A DNA stretch of 64,000 bases, taken from positions 1 to 64,000 of IMG/VR virus record IMGVR_UViG_3300021963_000080. One strand, written 5' to 3'. The notes under the pieces are model-generated. The model saw only the letters and a program-made list of their open reading frames with translations. It was not told where the DNA came from and searched no databases. Positions within the stretch are counted from its first letter, which is position 1. The number at the start of each line of letters is the position of its first letter. The translations under genes were made by a program, and so were the position numbers. This stretch comes from a virus. Below are positions 36,797 to 46,404 of this stretch, in pieces.

Positions 36797-37873
36797 CTAT
36801 GAAGGTCCATAGGCAACACAGAAAAAGTTTTGGCTTGGAATATTAGTGGTGCGATTTACCCAAGCCGTACCGTCAGTTGTAGTTGCTACTTTTATGGTGG
36901 CGTTAAATCCTACGCATACGACAGTTCCAGCACCAGCGGCAGACATATACCATGGTCCTCCGCCTGTTGAAGTTGATGCGCTAGTCCACGATGTCCCATT
37001 GGTGCTCCAGTAACCAAGATTTGATCCTGATAATGCTATCCACCGGTTATATGTAGGATTATAAACCATGTTAGCAATCACGTGACTGCTGAAAGGAGTC
37101 CCACTACCAGTAGTTGTCCAAGAACTTCCGTTACTACTGTAAGTTAACTTACCTTCACCACTTGGCGCACCTGAAACATAAAGACCACCATTAGCTGTTC
37201 CCCAAGCAACCTGATTCCACGAGCTGTTAGTCGGGGGAGTACTTGATTGTGTCCAAGTAACCCCAGTTGGGCTGGTGTAAGCAGCCGCTCTGCCCGAGTC
37301 TATCGCGACAAATTGACTTTGAGTGGCACTCCATACGACAGATGAGAAAGACGCACCGCCCGGAGGGTTATAACTGCTTGCTGTCCAATTGACACCATCG
37401 GTACTCGTTAATATGTTGTTGGTCGGACTTCCAGTAGCCAGGATAACCCAATAGCCGCCACCATAAGCCGCACATCGCCAGTTGTTAGAAACCGGTAAGG
37501 TTGCTGAAGTCCATGTTTGTCCGTCAGAGCTGTATGCAGCCTGAGTGGTATTTTGTTTTGCTGCAAAAAACTTACCAGTGGAACCCCCACCCCAAGCTAC
37601 AGCAAACCAGTTACCTGCACCGCCCGGAAGAGTTGTAGTATTCCAGTTAACTCCTGCATCTGTTGAATAGATGGCAGTGGCAGTACTGCCCAAAGCCACG
37701 AATACACTAAGACTACTCTTTCCATAACCATCACTCATTGATATAGCGCCACTACTTCTTCCGAATAGGGTACGAACGTTCGTATCGTTCATTGAGATTG
37801 TTGCTGTAGAAGATTGACCTAACTCAGTATTAACAGCGCTCAGACTTATTGCACCGGAAGATGGTAACGCCAT
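36797..37873 (-). CDS. Putative receptor-binding adhesin (gp38-like N-terminus plus propeller-like repeats)
   Basis: MALPSSGAISLSAVNTELG N-terminus; repeated SxDGxxWT BNR/Asp-box-like motifs. Confidence 0.7.
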   Translation of the reverse strand: MALPSSGAISLSAVNTELGQSSTATISMNDTNVRTLFGRSSGAISMSDGYGKSSLSVFVALGSTATAIYSTDAGVNWNTTTLPGGAGNWFAVAWGGGSTGKFFAAKQNTTQAAYSSDGQTWTSATLPVSNNWRCAAYGGGYWVILATGSPTNNILTSTDGVNWTASSYNPPGGASFSSVVWSATQSQFVAIDSGRAAAYTSPTGVTWTQSSTPPTNSSWNQVAWGTANGGLYVSGAPSGEGKLTYSSNGSSWTTTGSGTPFSSHVIANMVYNPTYNRWIALSGSNLGYWSTNGTSWTSASTSTGGGPWYMSAAGAGTVVCVGFNATIKVATTTDGTAWVNRTTNIPSQNFFCVAYGPS

Positions 37874-38913
37874 TAACTGCTCTTATTAGATTCTAGTTGT
37901 TCAATACGAGCTAGTAGTTGTTCGATGGCTCCAAAGGATAGTATGGCCAGCTTTCCATAATCAACGGCCAGGGATCCATCTGAACGAGTGCGTACCGCTT
38001 GTGGAAACACGCGTTTTACGTCTTGAGCAATAACGCCAAAGTCTGCTTTCTGTAGGAAGTATTCATCTTCCCCTCCATGCTCATCTATGTAAGCATCTGT
38101 CCAGTTAAACGTTTTACTACCGATAGCAGTCACTATACCAAGTGGATCTATTACTGATTGGACGTTCTCTTTAAAACGTTTATCGGAACTATAATAAGCA
38201 GTAATATTATTAGTAGCTCTAATCTCACCAGCAGTACCGGAAGGACTGGTTCCTACACCGAAGGATGTCGTTTGAACAGTGTTACTGAATGATGCTACAC
38301 CAGCGATTGTTAAACCAGCTCCACCTTGGATAGTGGACGTTACATTTGCAAATCCGGTAATAGTAGTATTACCAGCAGCCAACGTAGTAATGCCAGAAGC
38401 TGCACCAGCAATTGTTAGACTAGAACCCCCCTGGATCGTTGACGTGACATTAGCAAAGCCAGTAATAGTTGTGTTACCGACTCCTATTGTACGGGAAGAT
38501 GTACTACCGCTCGCTAATGTTGCATCTAAGGTAATTGTAGGAGAAGCTATTGTCGACCAATATAAATTACCACTTGCTCCTCCTGACATAAGAACTTGGG
38601 AAGCTGCTCCAACTGAACCGTTGGCAGTGATTGTATTAGATTGTACATTAGTTGCAGTTATTACACTTGCAGCAATAATGTTTCCTGTTAAAGAATTTGA
38701 TACTGTTATGTTCTGGAAAGATGCAATGCCAGTAAACTCAGGAGACGCAGTAAAGCTCGATACAATGTTGTTTAATATTTCAACATCTGTAGAAGAAGAG
38801 CCGGTTGGGGCTATTTCCTGACTTACTTGTATGGGTTCAGCAACTCCTCCTAGCTCACTAATACGGTCGCGGAGAGTTTGTCTGAAATTGGTAACGTTTT
38901 GTTGAACTGACAT
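37873..38913 (-). CDS. Tail fibre protein with C-terminal S74 intramolecular chaperone
   Basis: ITAYYSSDKRFKENV cleavage motif, GVIAQDV, LAVDYGKL. Confidence 0.85.
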   Translation of the reverse strand: MSVQQNVTNFRQTLRDRISELGGVAEPIQVSQEIAPTGSSSTDVEILNNIVSSFTASPEFTGIASFQNITVSNSLTGNIIAASVITATNVQSNTITANGSVGAASQVLMSGGASGNLYWSTIASPTITLDATLASGSTSSRTIGVGNTTITGFANVTSTIQGGSSLTIAGAASGITTLAAGNTTITGFANVTSTIQGGAGLTIAGVASFSNTVQTTSFGVGTSPSGTAGEIRATNNITAYYSSDKRFKENVQSVIDPLGIVTAIGSKTFNWTDAYIDEHGGEDEYFLQKADFGVIAQDVKRVFPQAVRTRSDGSLAVDYGKLAILSFGAIEQLLARIEQLESNKSS

Positions 38914-38925
38914 TATGGATATTGG

Positions 38926-41304
38926 CTAAGCTGCATAGTATGATTGGGGAGTATTGTTATAGTGCATCCACAAGAAATCTTTTTCTTTGGATTGCGTCTC
39001 AGCAGTTTTCTGTATTGGAGCTGGAGGCGCGCTTGGCTGAGTAGGAGCTCTACTTTGTTGAGCTTGATTCACCTTACCTATTGCATCAGCAATCATAGCT
39101 GATCCTCCACCCATTTCCTTCTGTAATGCGTTGAGCTTTGCAATCTGGTCCCCTGTCATAGTCTTCGATAGGTCAACGCCCATCCTTGAAGGATCGAATC
39201 CAAAAGCAGACGCAAACGTACTTCCTAAATCTCCTGATCCAGGGGCAGCGTTTTGAGTCCCACTAACATTGACCGCTCCTTTTCCTGGAATAGTTTTTAA
39301 ACTACCCTCCGGATTAGCTCCATTGTCGGTACCGCTGTAGGCTGGCAATCCCTGTATATAATCTCTTGGATTAACAAAGTCGCCAGCTTGGTTCTTCATT
39401 TCTATATGAAGATGGGGGCCTTCAGAAGCTCCTGTACTACCAACTTTTCCAATATTCTGACCTTTTTTAAGTTTGTCTCCTTGCTTAACATCAATTGACG
39501 ACATATGACCATATGTGCTGGTCATTCCGTTGGGATGTCTTATTGTAACAAACTTTCCTAGGCCACCCTTACCTTGATCTCCTGTAGCAATTACTTCGCC
39601 TTCCCCAGCCGTCAATATAGGAGCTCCCAGCTCTGCAGATAAATCAACTCCGCTATGCAAATGATCACTACGTTGCTCGCCAAATCTACCTTTCGATCTA
39701 GTGGCGCTTGGAAGAGGATTAGTAAAATCACTGCCAGCTGCTTGATTACCATTTGATTGATCTGCTGTTGCTCCTCCCTGATTGCCGCGGCCAGCTCCAG
39801 CTCCTGTTGCAGGGAGAGATCCGGCTGGCGTTTGAGCTGGTGTGGTTGTTGATGAAGATGGTGATGCATCGGCGGCTGGATTTTCTTCCAACTCTTTATC
39901 GAGATCGCTTAATAAACTATACAATTCGTATATTGTCAACCCGACAGTTAATGCTGTTGTAATAAACCCAACTGGTCCTGCAGCAAATCCTGCTGCTCCT
40001 ATTGCAGCCGCTGCAGCAAACCTTGCAGCAATGTATGCGGCGACGCGTTGCATGCCTATTTTTGCAACTAGCTTACGGAGTAATTGTAATGTCTTGGAGA
40101 AACTAGCCTTGGATTTTTCAAGTAATGTCTTATTCTTAGCCATCTCTCTGTTTTCCCCAACAGATCCAAATTGGGTTAGAGGTTTGCCCTCCATTACTTT
40201 GGGACTTGGGGGAGCAGAAGAAGGGGTGCCTGTAACCCCAGGAGCAGCTGTGGGAGTTACTGCAGCTGCCTTAGTATTTTTAATAACTTTAGAGATGCCA
40301 TATGCTGAAGCAGCTACTCCAGCTCCGACGCCAAGCTTTTGTAGAGTATCAATTGCCTCTTTATCGCCCGCTGCAGCTTTTCTTTGTAAGTCAGCTAGTT
40401 CTTCTCCTCCTAGCTCAACTCCTGTATATCCTGCAATTCCGCCAAGCGTTCCTCCAACTACCTTACCAAGAAGACCTCCCGGAGTATATCTAAGACCCGC
40501 ATACATTCCAGCGAGAGCGCCGACTGGTTTAGCAGCTTTGGTTACATTTGTCGTTACGCCAGCTGCGTTTCCTGCTTTTAAGTCCTCCCAGGCCATCTGG
40601 AGGTCTTTTTTCATGCTGTTGTATAAATTAGGTAACCCAGTAAGGATTGCATTTTTGATCGTATCACTAATCAACGTCGCTATACCTGATACAGCAGCTT
40701 TCGTTCCTTCTTTTAGAGCTTTAGTAAGCCCCGAGTCGTCCATGAAACGTTTTATGTCTTTTGCATTTGCAAGAGCTAGTAACCCCATCAAGCTACCTGC
40801 AATTAACGGATTGTTTCCAAGAAACCCTAACGCGCTACCAATCAATCCTTCTTTTTTATTAGGATCTTGTGTGCCGGATATGGACGCTCTTGATCCTTTT
40901 TGTTCTAAAGCACTTTCCGTACTAAGATAATCGGAACGATCCCCAAACTTCTTATTAAGGGTTGCGCGCTGCAAGTTTAGTTGAGCTAAAGATATTTTTC
41001 TAATATCGCTCATAATGGAAGTCAAAGCACTCAACTGACTAGCCATGTTCTTTTGGTTGACTACGTTTTCTTTTGCAAACCCAAGACTGGCTTTAGCACT
41101 TTTTGCATCCCCAGTACTGCCACCAGTATCTTGTCCATAAGACTGTACTGTATTACGAATAAACGGCCCGATACCCATTCCGAGGTTGTAGAATGATTTA
41201 GCGGAAGGAACATCACGTGTAGCACGTCGAGCTGTTCCTTTGGCTGCGTCAGCGGTAGTTTTACCCAGACCCTTGCCGATTGCGTTTATTAGTCGTTTTG
41301 CCAT
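38926..41304 (-). CDS. Tape-measure/baseplate-hub-like protein with M23 peptidase
   Basis: Long Ala/Gly-rich helical region with hydrophobic segments; HSGVD, YGHMS and GPHLH M23 motifs. Confidence 0.8.
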   Translation of the reverse strand: MAKRLINAIGKGLGKTTADAAKGTARRATRDVPSAKSFYNLGMGIGPFIRNTVQSYGQDTGGSTGDAKSAKASLGFAKENVVNQKNMASQLSALTSIMSDIRKISLAQLNLQRATLNKKFGDRSDYLSTESALEQKGSRASISGTQDPNKKEGLIGSALGFLGNNPLIAGSLMGLLALANAKDIKRFMDDSGLTKALKEGTKAAVSGIATLISDTIKNAILTGLPNLYNSMKKDLQMAWEDLKAGNAAGVTTNVTKAAKPVGALAGMYAGLRYTPGGLLGKVVGGTLGGIAGYTGVELGGEELADLQRKAAAGDKEAIDTLQKLGVGAGVAASAYGISKVIKNTKAAAVTPTAAPGVTGTPSSAPPSPKVMEGKPLTQFGSVGENREMAKNKTLLEKSKASFSKTLQLLRKLVAKIGMQRVAAYIAARFAAAAAIGAAGFAAGPVGFITTALTVGLTIYELYSLLSDLDKELEENPAADASPSSSTTTPAQTPAGSLPATGAGAGRGNQGGATADQSNGNQAAGSDFTNPLPSATRSKGRFGEQRSDHLHSGVDLSAELGAPILTAGEGEVIATGDQGKGGLGKFVTIRHPNGMTSTYGHMSSIDVKQGDKLKKGQNIGKVGSTGASEGPHLHIEMKNQAGDFVNPRDYIQGLPAYSGTDNGANPEGSLKTIPGKGAVNVSGTQNAAPGSGDLGSTFASAFGFDPSRMGVDLSKTMTGDQIAKLNALQKEMGGGSAMIADAIGKVNQAQQSRAPTQPSAPPAPIQKTAETQSKEKDFLWMHYNNTPQSYYAA

Positions 41305-41439
41305 TTATCGTTGCTGTTGTTTTTCTGATTCTTGTTCTAAGTAATTCTTTAGTAAGTCGATATAGATGTCTCTTTCGAAAGGTAACATATCTTCTATTTC
41401 ACTTATTGAGTAGTGGTGGTGCTGAGCCATACTGAACAT
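41305..41439 (-). CDS. gp51: gp51-like baseplate hub assembly protein (not in track; possibly a frameshift product)
   Basis: MFSMAQHHHYSISEIEDMLPFERDIYIDLLKNYLEQE; the frame stays open upstream to the T7 run at 41484-41490. Confidence 0.75.
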   Translation of the reverse strand: MFSMAQHHHYSISEIEDMLPFERDIYIDLLKNYLEQESEKQQQR

Positions 41440-41471
41440 TGTCTGGTAATAGTTTGATATACTATTATGAC

Positions 41472-42179
41472 TCAGCCCAACATAAAAAAATCGTTAAGAT
41501 TTTGTAACACCACCTTCTTCTCGTTTCCTAAACTGTTTGTATAAGTTGTCTCATACTTTAGTTTTGGCATAGTTTCTAAAAACTTTTGTACCTCTTTAAA
41601 CGATGATACGTCTAATGTAGCAAGGAATTCATCCAACTCTTCTTCTGTATAATCCCTTACATTGTATATGTTGTCAGCATCATATATTTTTTCAATGGAG
41701 TACTTAACAACTTCAAAATACAAATCTACCTCAGACTTAGCTTCGGCCAACTTATTCATCATATCCGTTCTTGGATAGCACAGAATCAATCCTAAGTTCT
41801 CATTAATCTTGACGTTGTTGTTGTGATCTGGATTTTTAGAGATCTCAATCAAATCTAGATCTACTTCTAACTTATACTGTTGTCCATCTTCATCATCTTT
41901 GTAGAACACATCAATTTTATTATTAACTGATTTTGCTCTTAGTTTAATAAACAAATACTCTAGATCAAACGTTGTTAATGTATTGACATCAACATTATCA
42001 ATAATACAATTATTAACCACTTGTGTAATTGATAATACAATATCTTGAGAATTGCCAGTTGTCTGAGCCATTAGAAGAATCTTTTCTTCTTTGACCAAGA
42101 ACGGGCGCATCTTAATTTTTTGACCCGTCGATGGGATCACTACATCAAATAGTGGATAATTAATTTTAGGAAGACTCAT
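41472..42179 (-). CDS. gp26: Baseplate hub assembly protein gp26
   Basis: MSLPKI, RPFLVKEEKILL, FDLEYLFIKLRAKSV, FLETMPKL, C-terminal LNDFF. Confidence 0.88.
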   Translation of the reverse strand: MSLPKINYPLFDVVIPSTGQKIKMRPFLVKEEKILLMAQTTGNSQDIVLSITQVVNNCIIDNVDVNTLTTFDLEYLFIKLRAKSVNNKIDVFYKDDEDGQQYKLEVDLDLIEISKNPDHNNNVKINENLGLILCYPRTDMMNKLAEAKSEVDLYFEVVKYSIEKIYDADNIYNVRDYTEEELDEFLATLDVSSFKEVQKFLETMPKLKYETTYTNSLGNEKKVVLQNLNDFFMLG

Positions 42180-42215
42180 TTCATTTCACCTTTCAGGATA
42201 TAAATTCAAATATAA

Positions 42216-43166
42216 TTATTCGCCGCTACCATAATACCAATTATTATAGTAATCGCTGTAACTATCCTCCACTTTCGGAGGAAATAATGTTTTCAACAAT
42301 GTTGTACCGCTATTGACAACGTTTAGAATATCATTGACATTTTGTGGTCTCTTTGTTGAAGAGATTGTTTGCAATACAGATGCATACTTCAATATAGATT
42401 GTCCTAATTGTAAGTTTTTGCTTGCTGTATTGTTGTTGTATGCTTTAGGATCTAGTGTACTTGGTATATCTTCATATTGCCAATTGCTGTAAGTAAATGT
42501 TACTGGAAATCTTACTAACTGGTTTGTATCATTCCAACCACGCTGCACGTCCCCTAGAAAAATTGGATAAGCATTGTGCAACTTTAATACGCCGACTTTA
42601 CTTTGCGCTTCATTGTACACGTATATGTCAATTGTTGTTTTGTACTGATCTTTATACTCAACCTCGAAAGGGAGCTTACCAAAAAGATCGTTAGAAGAGT
42701 TACCACGCGGCAACTCATCAAATCCAACAATGCCATTCATCCACAGATAAAAAAACTTATGGATCAAACCATCGCTATCATTAATGAAGGAAAATTGTTG
42801 ATCGGTGAATATAGGGAGATATGGCTTGCGCTCAATGGGCCCGATGCCGTATCTTTTTATTTCCGTTGTAGCCATACTCACGCCAGGCTGGGTAAATGTG
42901 TCAGCTCTATATGTTGCAAGAGATGCTATTTTTGCAGCTCCCGCCACCTTAAAAGAAGTACCAAAGATCTTTGGGGGCGTGAATACGATATGAGCCATCG
43001 AGGTTTTTTGTATTCCGTGCTTACGAATGTTTGCTCGAACGGAATCGGAAAAACTCTTATATTCTTGCTGACTGTAATTTAGTTCCTTCGGAGTACTTCT
43101 ATTAAGCACGCCAAGAAGGCTGGTGTATCCAATTACTTGTTGTAGGGTTTTATTGAAATCTGCCAT
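42216..43166 (-). CDS. Tail-tube-like baseplate junction protein (gp54/gp19 fold)
   Basis: LHNAYPIFLGDV...FPVTFTY tail-tube-fold motifs; position between gp2 and gp26. Confidence 0.65.
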   Translation of the reverse strand: MADFNKTLQQVIGYTSLLGVLNRSTPKELNYSQQEYKSFSDSVRANIRKHGIQKTSMAHIVFTPPKIFGTSFKVAGAAKIASLATYRADTFTQPGVSMATTEIKRYGIGPIERKPYLPIFTDQQFSFINDSDGLIHKFFYLWMNGIVGFDELPRGNSSNDLFGKLPFEVEYKDQYKTTIDIYVYNEAQSKVGVLKLHNAYPIFLGDVQRGWNDTNQLVRFPVTFTYSNWQYEDIPSTLDPKAYNNNTASKNLQLGQSILKYASVLQTISSTKRPQNVNDILNVVNSGTTLLKTLFPPKVEDSYSDYYNNWYYGSGE

Positions 43167-43168
43167 TT

Positions 43169-43762
43169 TTATCTTTGAATAATCGCCATTCGACTATCAG
43201 CATGAACTCGAGTTTTCGAGGCTTTAGTAAAACGCTCAAGCGGTAGGAATAATGCTATATCCCATAAACTCGCTGGCACCTGTGCCATATCTGTCTGTAC
43301 TTGACTATTTAGGTAGTGTTTAACGCATGGCTTGAAGAATCTTAGTTTCGATGCACTACTAAGCGTTTGATATGTCATTTTCAATCTAACGTTTTTGTCG
43401 TATTTGTTTTCTATCACATAATCATACAACCCGTCCATCAAAGCCGCTCTCATAGGCAAAGGCAAGTAATGCATGTTGATTCCATAAAAACCATCTGGGG
43501 TTTTGGCAAACGGAAATACTAAAGGGAATCTATCGTAGTATGGCAGTTTGTTGGCGTGCTTTGGTAAATAACCAAACAAAAACATTTTACCAATAGCAGA
43601 GTTGGAAGATGTAGATGGAGAATCTTGGATAATCGTTGCGGGATTGGCTCGTTTGACTGAAGAGGCTTCATTCCGAAACCATTGTTTCGCTTCTTCTGTC
43701 TTTGTGGATGTAATCCCTTGTTTAGCTGCTTTGTCTAACAAAGTAGCAAATATATTAGCCAT
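43169..43762 (-). CDS. gp2: DNA end protector gp2
   Basis: LPYYDRFPLV, GINMHYL, KPCVKHYL, LPLERF. Confidence 0.9.
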   Translation of the reverse strand: MANIFATLLDKAAKQGITSTKTEEAKQWFRNEASSVKRANPATIIQDSPSTSSNSAIGKMFLFGYLPKHANKLPYYDRFPLVFPFAKTPDGFYGINMHYLPLPMRAALMDGLYDYVIENKYDKNVRLKMTYQTLSSASKLRFFKPCVKHYLNSQVQTDMAQVPASLWDIALFLPLERFTKASKTRVHADSRMAIIQR

Positions 43763-44201
43763 TGAGTGATATTCCTAAATGATTTTCGGTAAATATGGCA
43801 AATTTCCAGTTCTTGCTTTCGCAGAACTTTTTAGCTGCTTGCCACTTAGCATTATTTACACCCCAAGTCATAACCTCATTGATATATTTTTTGGTTTTTC
43901 TTTTCTGAGGTTCTGGTGGCATTGTTTGCTTTTTGGGCTTTATTTCAACGACTACTGTTTCAATGGTACCGTCAGGTTTACGTTGTTTTAACCAAAAATC
44001 CGGAAAATAGCGATGCACCGCTCCGTCAACGGGAGAGCGGTATGGAATACAAAATTCCTCGCTGGACCAAGTAATGACGTCTTGGTGGGCGTCTAAATAG
44101 TTCATAAACTTCAATTCCCATGAAGACCTGAACACAATGTTTGACGCGTCACCTTTATACTTGTTCGGATGCTTGGGCTTAAAAAAACCTTTATAACTCA
44201 T
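43755..44201 (-). CDS. gp4: Head completion nuclease gp4
   Basis: YKGFFKPKHPNKYKGD, RSSWE, HRYFPDF, VEIKP, NNAKW; start ATG 44201. Confidence 0.92.
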   Translation of the reverse strand: MSYKGFFKPKHPNKYKGDASNIVFRSSWELKFMNYLDAHQDVITWSSEEFCIPYRSPVDGAVHRYFPDFWLKQRKPDGTIETVVVEIKPKKQTMPPEPQKRKTKKYINEVMTWGVNNAKWQAAKKFCESKNWKFAIFTENHLGISLNG

Positions 44202-44213
44202 ATCAATATTTAG

Positions 44214-45524
44214 ATGGCAAACAAATACGTTCAATATGGAGCAGTCGTTGCAACCGGTGTCGGTGTAGCTGCTGTGACAAAAGGCATTTCTACGGCTCTC
44301 TCAACGGGAGGAACGGTAGCTGGCGGTATTGATGCAGCTACATCTACAGCAACCGGAGCTGTCTCCAATCCAGCTTTCTTAACCGGAGTTGGCTTGGGAT
44401 TGGCTGCTGTGGCATTAGGTTCTGGATCCAAGCGACCATCGCTAAGTTTTCCTAACTTAGCAGCAACAGCGGCCGTAGCGTTAAATGTTTCCAATCTTAT
44501 CCAACAAGGTAAGGCTGCTGCTGCATCTCTTGCGCAAGGTAAGGCAGGTCAAGATATATCAAGTAAAATTGGACCTCCTGTAGCACTACGTTCTCCGTAT
44601 GTTGAAGATCCTAGTGTTATGACGTCTACTAAACGACAAGCAAGGCAAACGCATAGGCTTGTATATCCAGACGACCTTACTACAAATTATTATATTAGGT
44701 TTGGTCTCTATCGCTACGAGCGTCTGGATAAAGCTAACAAAACTCTTAGCCAATCATCTCCTCATACAACGATTCGGCTACCGCTCCCTGCAAATTTAAT
44801 TGATGCTATTAGTCTAGCATATCAAGATGTTGGGTTAGGCATGTTCGGGGGAGCAGCGTTTGAAAATTTGATGACTAGAATGGGTCCAGGGGGACAGCAA
44901 GCTTCTGGAAATGGCCAAGGAGAGATTATGAGACACGCAACTGCTGCGGTCGGAAGTCTCATTGACTTGACAAACGATCCTAATTTTATGACTGCTGTAG
45001 CAAGGCGTCTTGCAGCAAACGTAGATCCGGGTTTGGGAGCTGCTTTTGATTTAGCGACTGGTACTGCTCCTAATCCTCATATGACGGTATCTTTCCAAGG
45101 TGTGGCGTTGAAAAAATACCAATTCAATTGGAGACTATCGCCAAACAACGAAAAAGAAAGTAAAATCCTTGAACAAGTTGTCCGTAATTTACAAGCAAGC
45201 GCTTTACCAGAAAAAAATGGTAAGTTTTTGCTAACGTTCCCTGATGTTGTAAAAATTGAAATGATGCCTAGCAACTTGTTTATATTTAAACCAATGATGA
45301 TAGATAACGTATCTGTTAATTATGCTCCGTCCGGTTCTCCTTCTTTCTTTAGAGGAGGAGATGATTCATTTGATAGGTATCCAACTGAAATTGAGTTGAG
45401 CATATCATTACGAGAAATTGATATCCACACAGCATCAGATTCTGACTATCAGACTATTCGTAATCTTCAAAACTTTTCTGATCCTGCTAATCTACCTTCA
45501 ACTCAAGGCACAACAAACCGCTAA
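44214..45524 (+). CDS. gp48: Baseplate tail tube cap gp48
   Basis: IRLPLP, NPHMTVSFQGV, FNWRLSP, VSVNYAP, LSISLRE; synteny. Confidence 0.8.
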   Translation: MANKYVQYGAVVATGVGVAAVTKGISTALSTGGTVAGGIDAATSTATGAVSNPAFLTGVGLGLAAVALGSGSKRPSLSFPNLAATAAVALNVSNLIQQGKAAAASLAQGKAGQDISSKIGPPVALRSPYVEDPSVMTSTKRQARQTHRLVYPDDLTTNYYIRFGLYRYERLDKANKTLSQSSPHTTIRLPLPANLIDAISLAYQDVGLGMFGGAAFENLMTRMGPGGQQASGNGQGEIMRHATAAVGSLIDLTNDPNFMTAVARRLAANVDPGLGAAFDLATGTAPNPHMTVSFQGVALKKYQFNWRLSPNNEKESKILEQVVRNLQASALPEKNGKFLLTFPDVVKIEMMPSNLFIFKPMMIDNVSVNYAPSGSPSFFRGGDDSFDRYPTEIELSISLREIDIHTASDSDYQTIRNLQNFSDPANLPSTQGTTNR

Positions 45525-45527
45525 TAT

Positions 45528-46403
45528 ATGGCAAACTATTTTGAAACCTTTGCTCTTCAACAATATGGAGAGAATAAAGAAGTCAGTCGTACGTTGACTA
45601 CTCGCGCAAATATTGCGCAAAGTGTTTTAAAGCAATCAACTGCTTTCTATCCCTACACTCTGAAAGAAGGGGAAAGACCTGATACGCTATCGTTCTTGTA
45701 TTATTCGAAGCCGGAATTGGAGTGGCTTGTATTTTTTGCTAACGATATTATTGATCCTTATTATGATTGGTATCTGAGTAGCGAACAATTTAATAACTAC
45801 ATTACCAGCAAGTATGGTTCAATTGCTATAGCTCAAACTCGCACTCACCATTACGAAACCCTTTGGCTTGGAGACGATACACGAATCAGTCCTGATACGT
45901 ATAGTTTACTAACTGCTAATACTACTGTGAATTTAAAGAAGTATTGGGAGCCAATTGTTGATGAGTATGATAGAGCTATTTCGTATGGTCGTAAAAATTT
46001 ATCCTTAACCACAACAACAAACCAAGTAATTAGTTTAAAGATAAACAATACTAATGGTACGTTTACTGAAGGAGAAGACATATATCAACAAGACAATGGT
46101 ATTATAACATCTTCTGCTTCTTTGATAACGGCTAACTCTACTTACATGACGGCACAGCACGTTAGTGGCTCGTTTGTTACTACACGAAGCATTCTAGGCG
46201 CTGATTCAATTGCTAATACAACTCTTACTGATACCCCAATTGTATTAAAACAGAACATTCCAACAGAAGAGTTAATATACTGGCAGGCTGTGTCTTATTA
46301 TGATTATGAAAATCAAATAAACGAGAGCAAGAAACACGTTAAGTTGGTTGGGGCTGAGTATGCGCCGCTAGCAGAAAATAACCTAGCTGAGTTAATGGGA
46401 TAA
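45528..46403 (+). CDS. gp53: Baseplate wedge subunit gp53
   Basis: GERPDTLS..YY...WLV..N.IIDPYYDW; YDYENQINESKK. Confidence 0.88.
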   Translation: MANYFETFALQQYGENKEVSRTLTTRANIAQSVLKQSTAFYPYTLKEGERPDTLSFLYYSKPELEWLVFFANDIIDPYYDWYLSSEQFNNYITSKYGSIAIAQTRTHHYETLWLGDDTRISPDTYSLLTANTTVNLKKYWEPIVDEYDRAISYGRKNLSLTTTTNQVISLKINNTNGTFTEGEDIYQQDNGIITSSASLITANSTYMTAQHVSGSFVTTRSILGADSIANTTLTDTPIVLKQNIPTEELIYWQAVSYYDYENQINESKKHVKLVGAEYAPLAENNLAELMG

Positions 46404-46404
46404 T

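Noticed and set aside
39842-40930. 362-aa plus-strand ORF (also 38279-38821 plus and 24230-24988 minus)
   Set aside because: Antisense shadows of well-supported genes, with no RBS or motifs.
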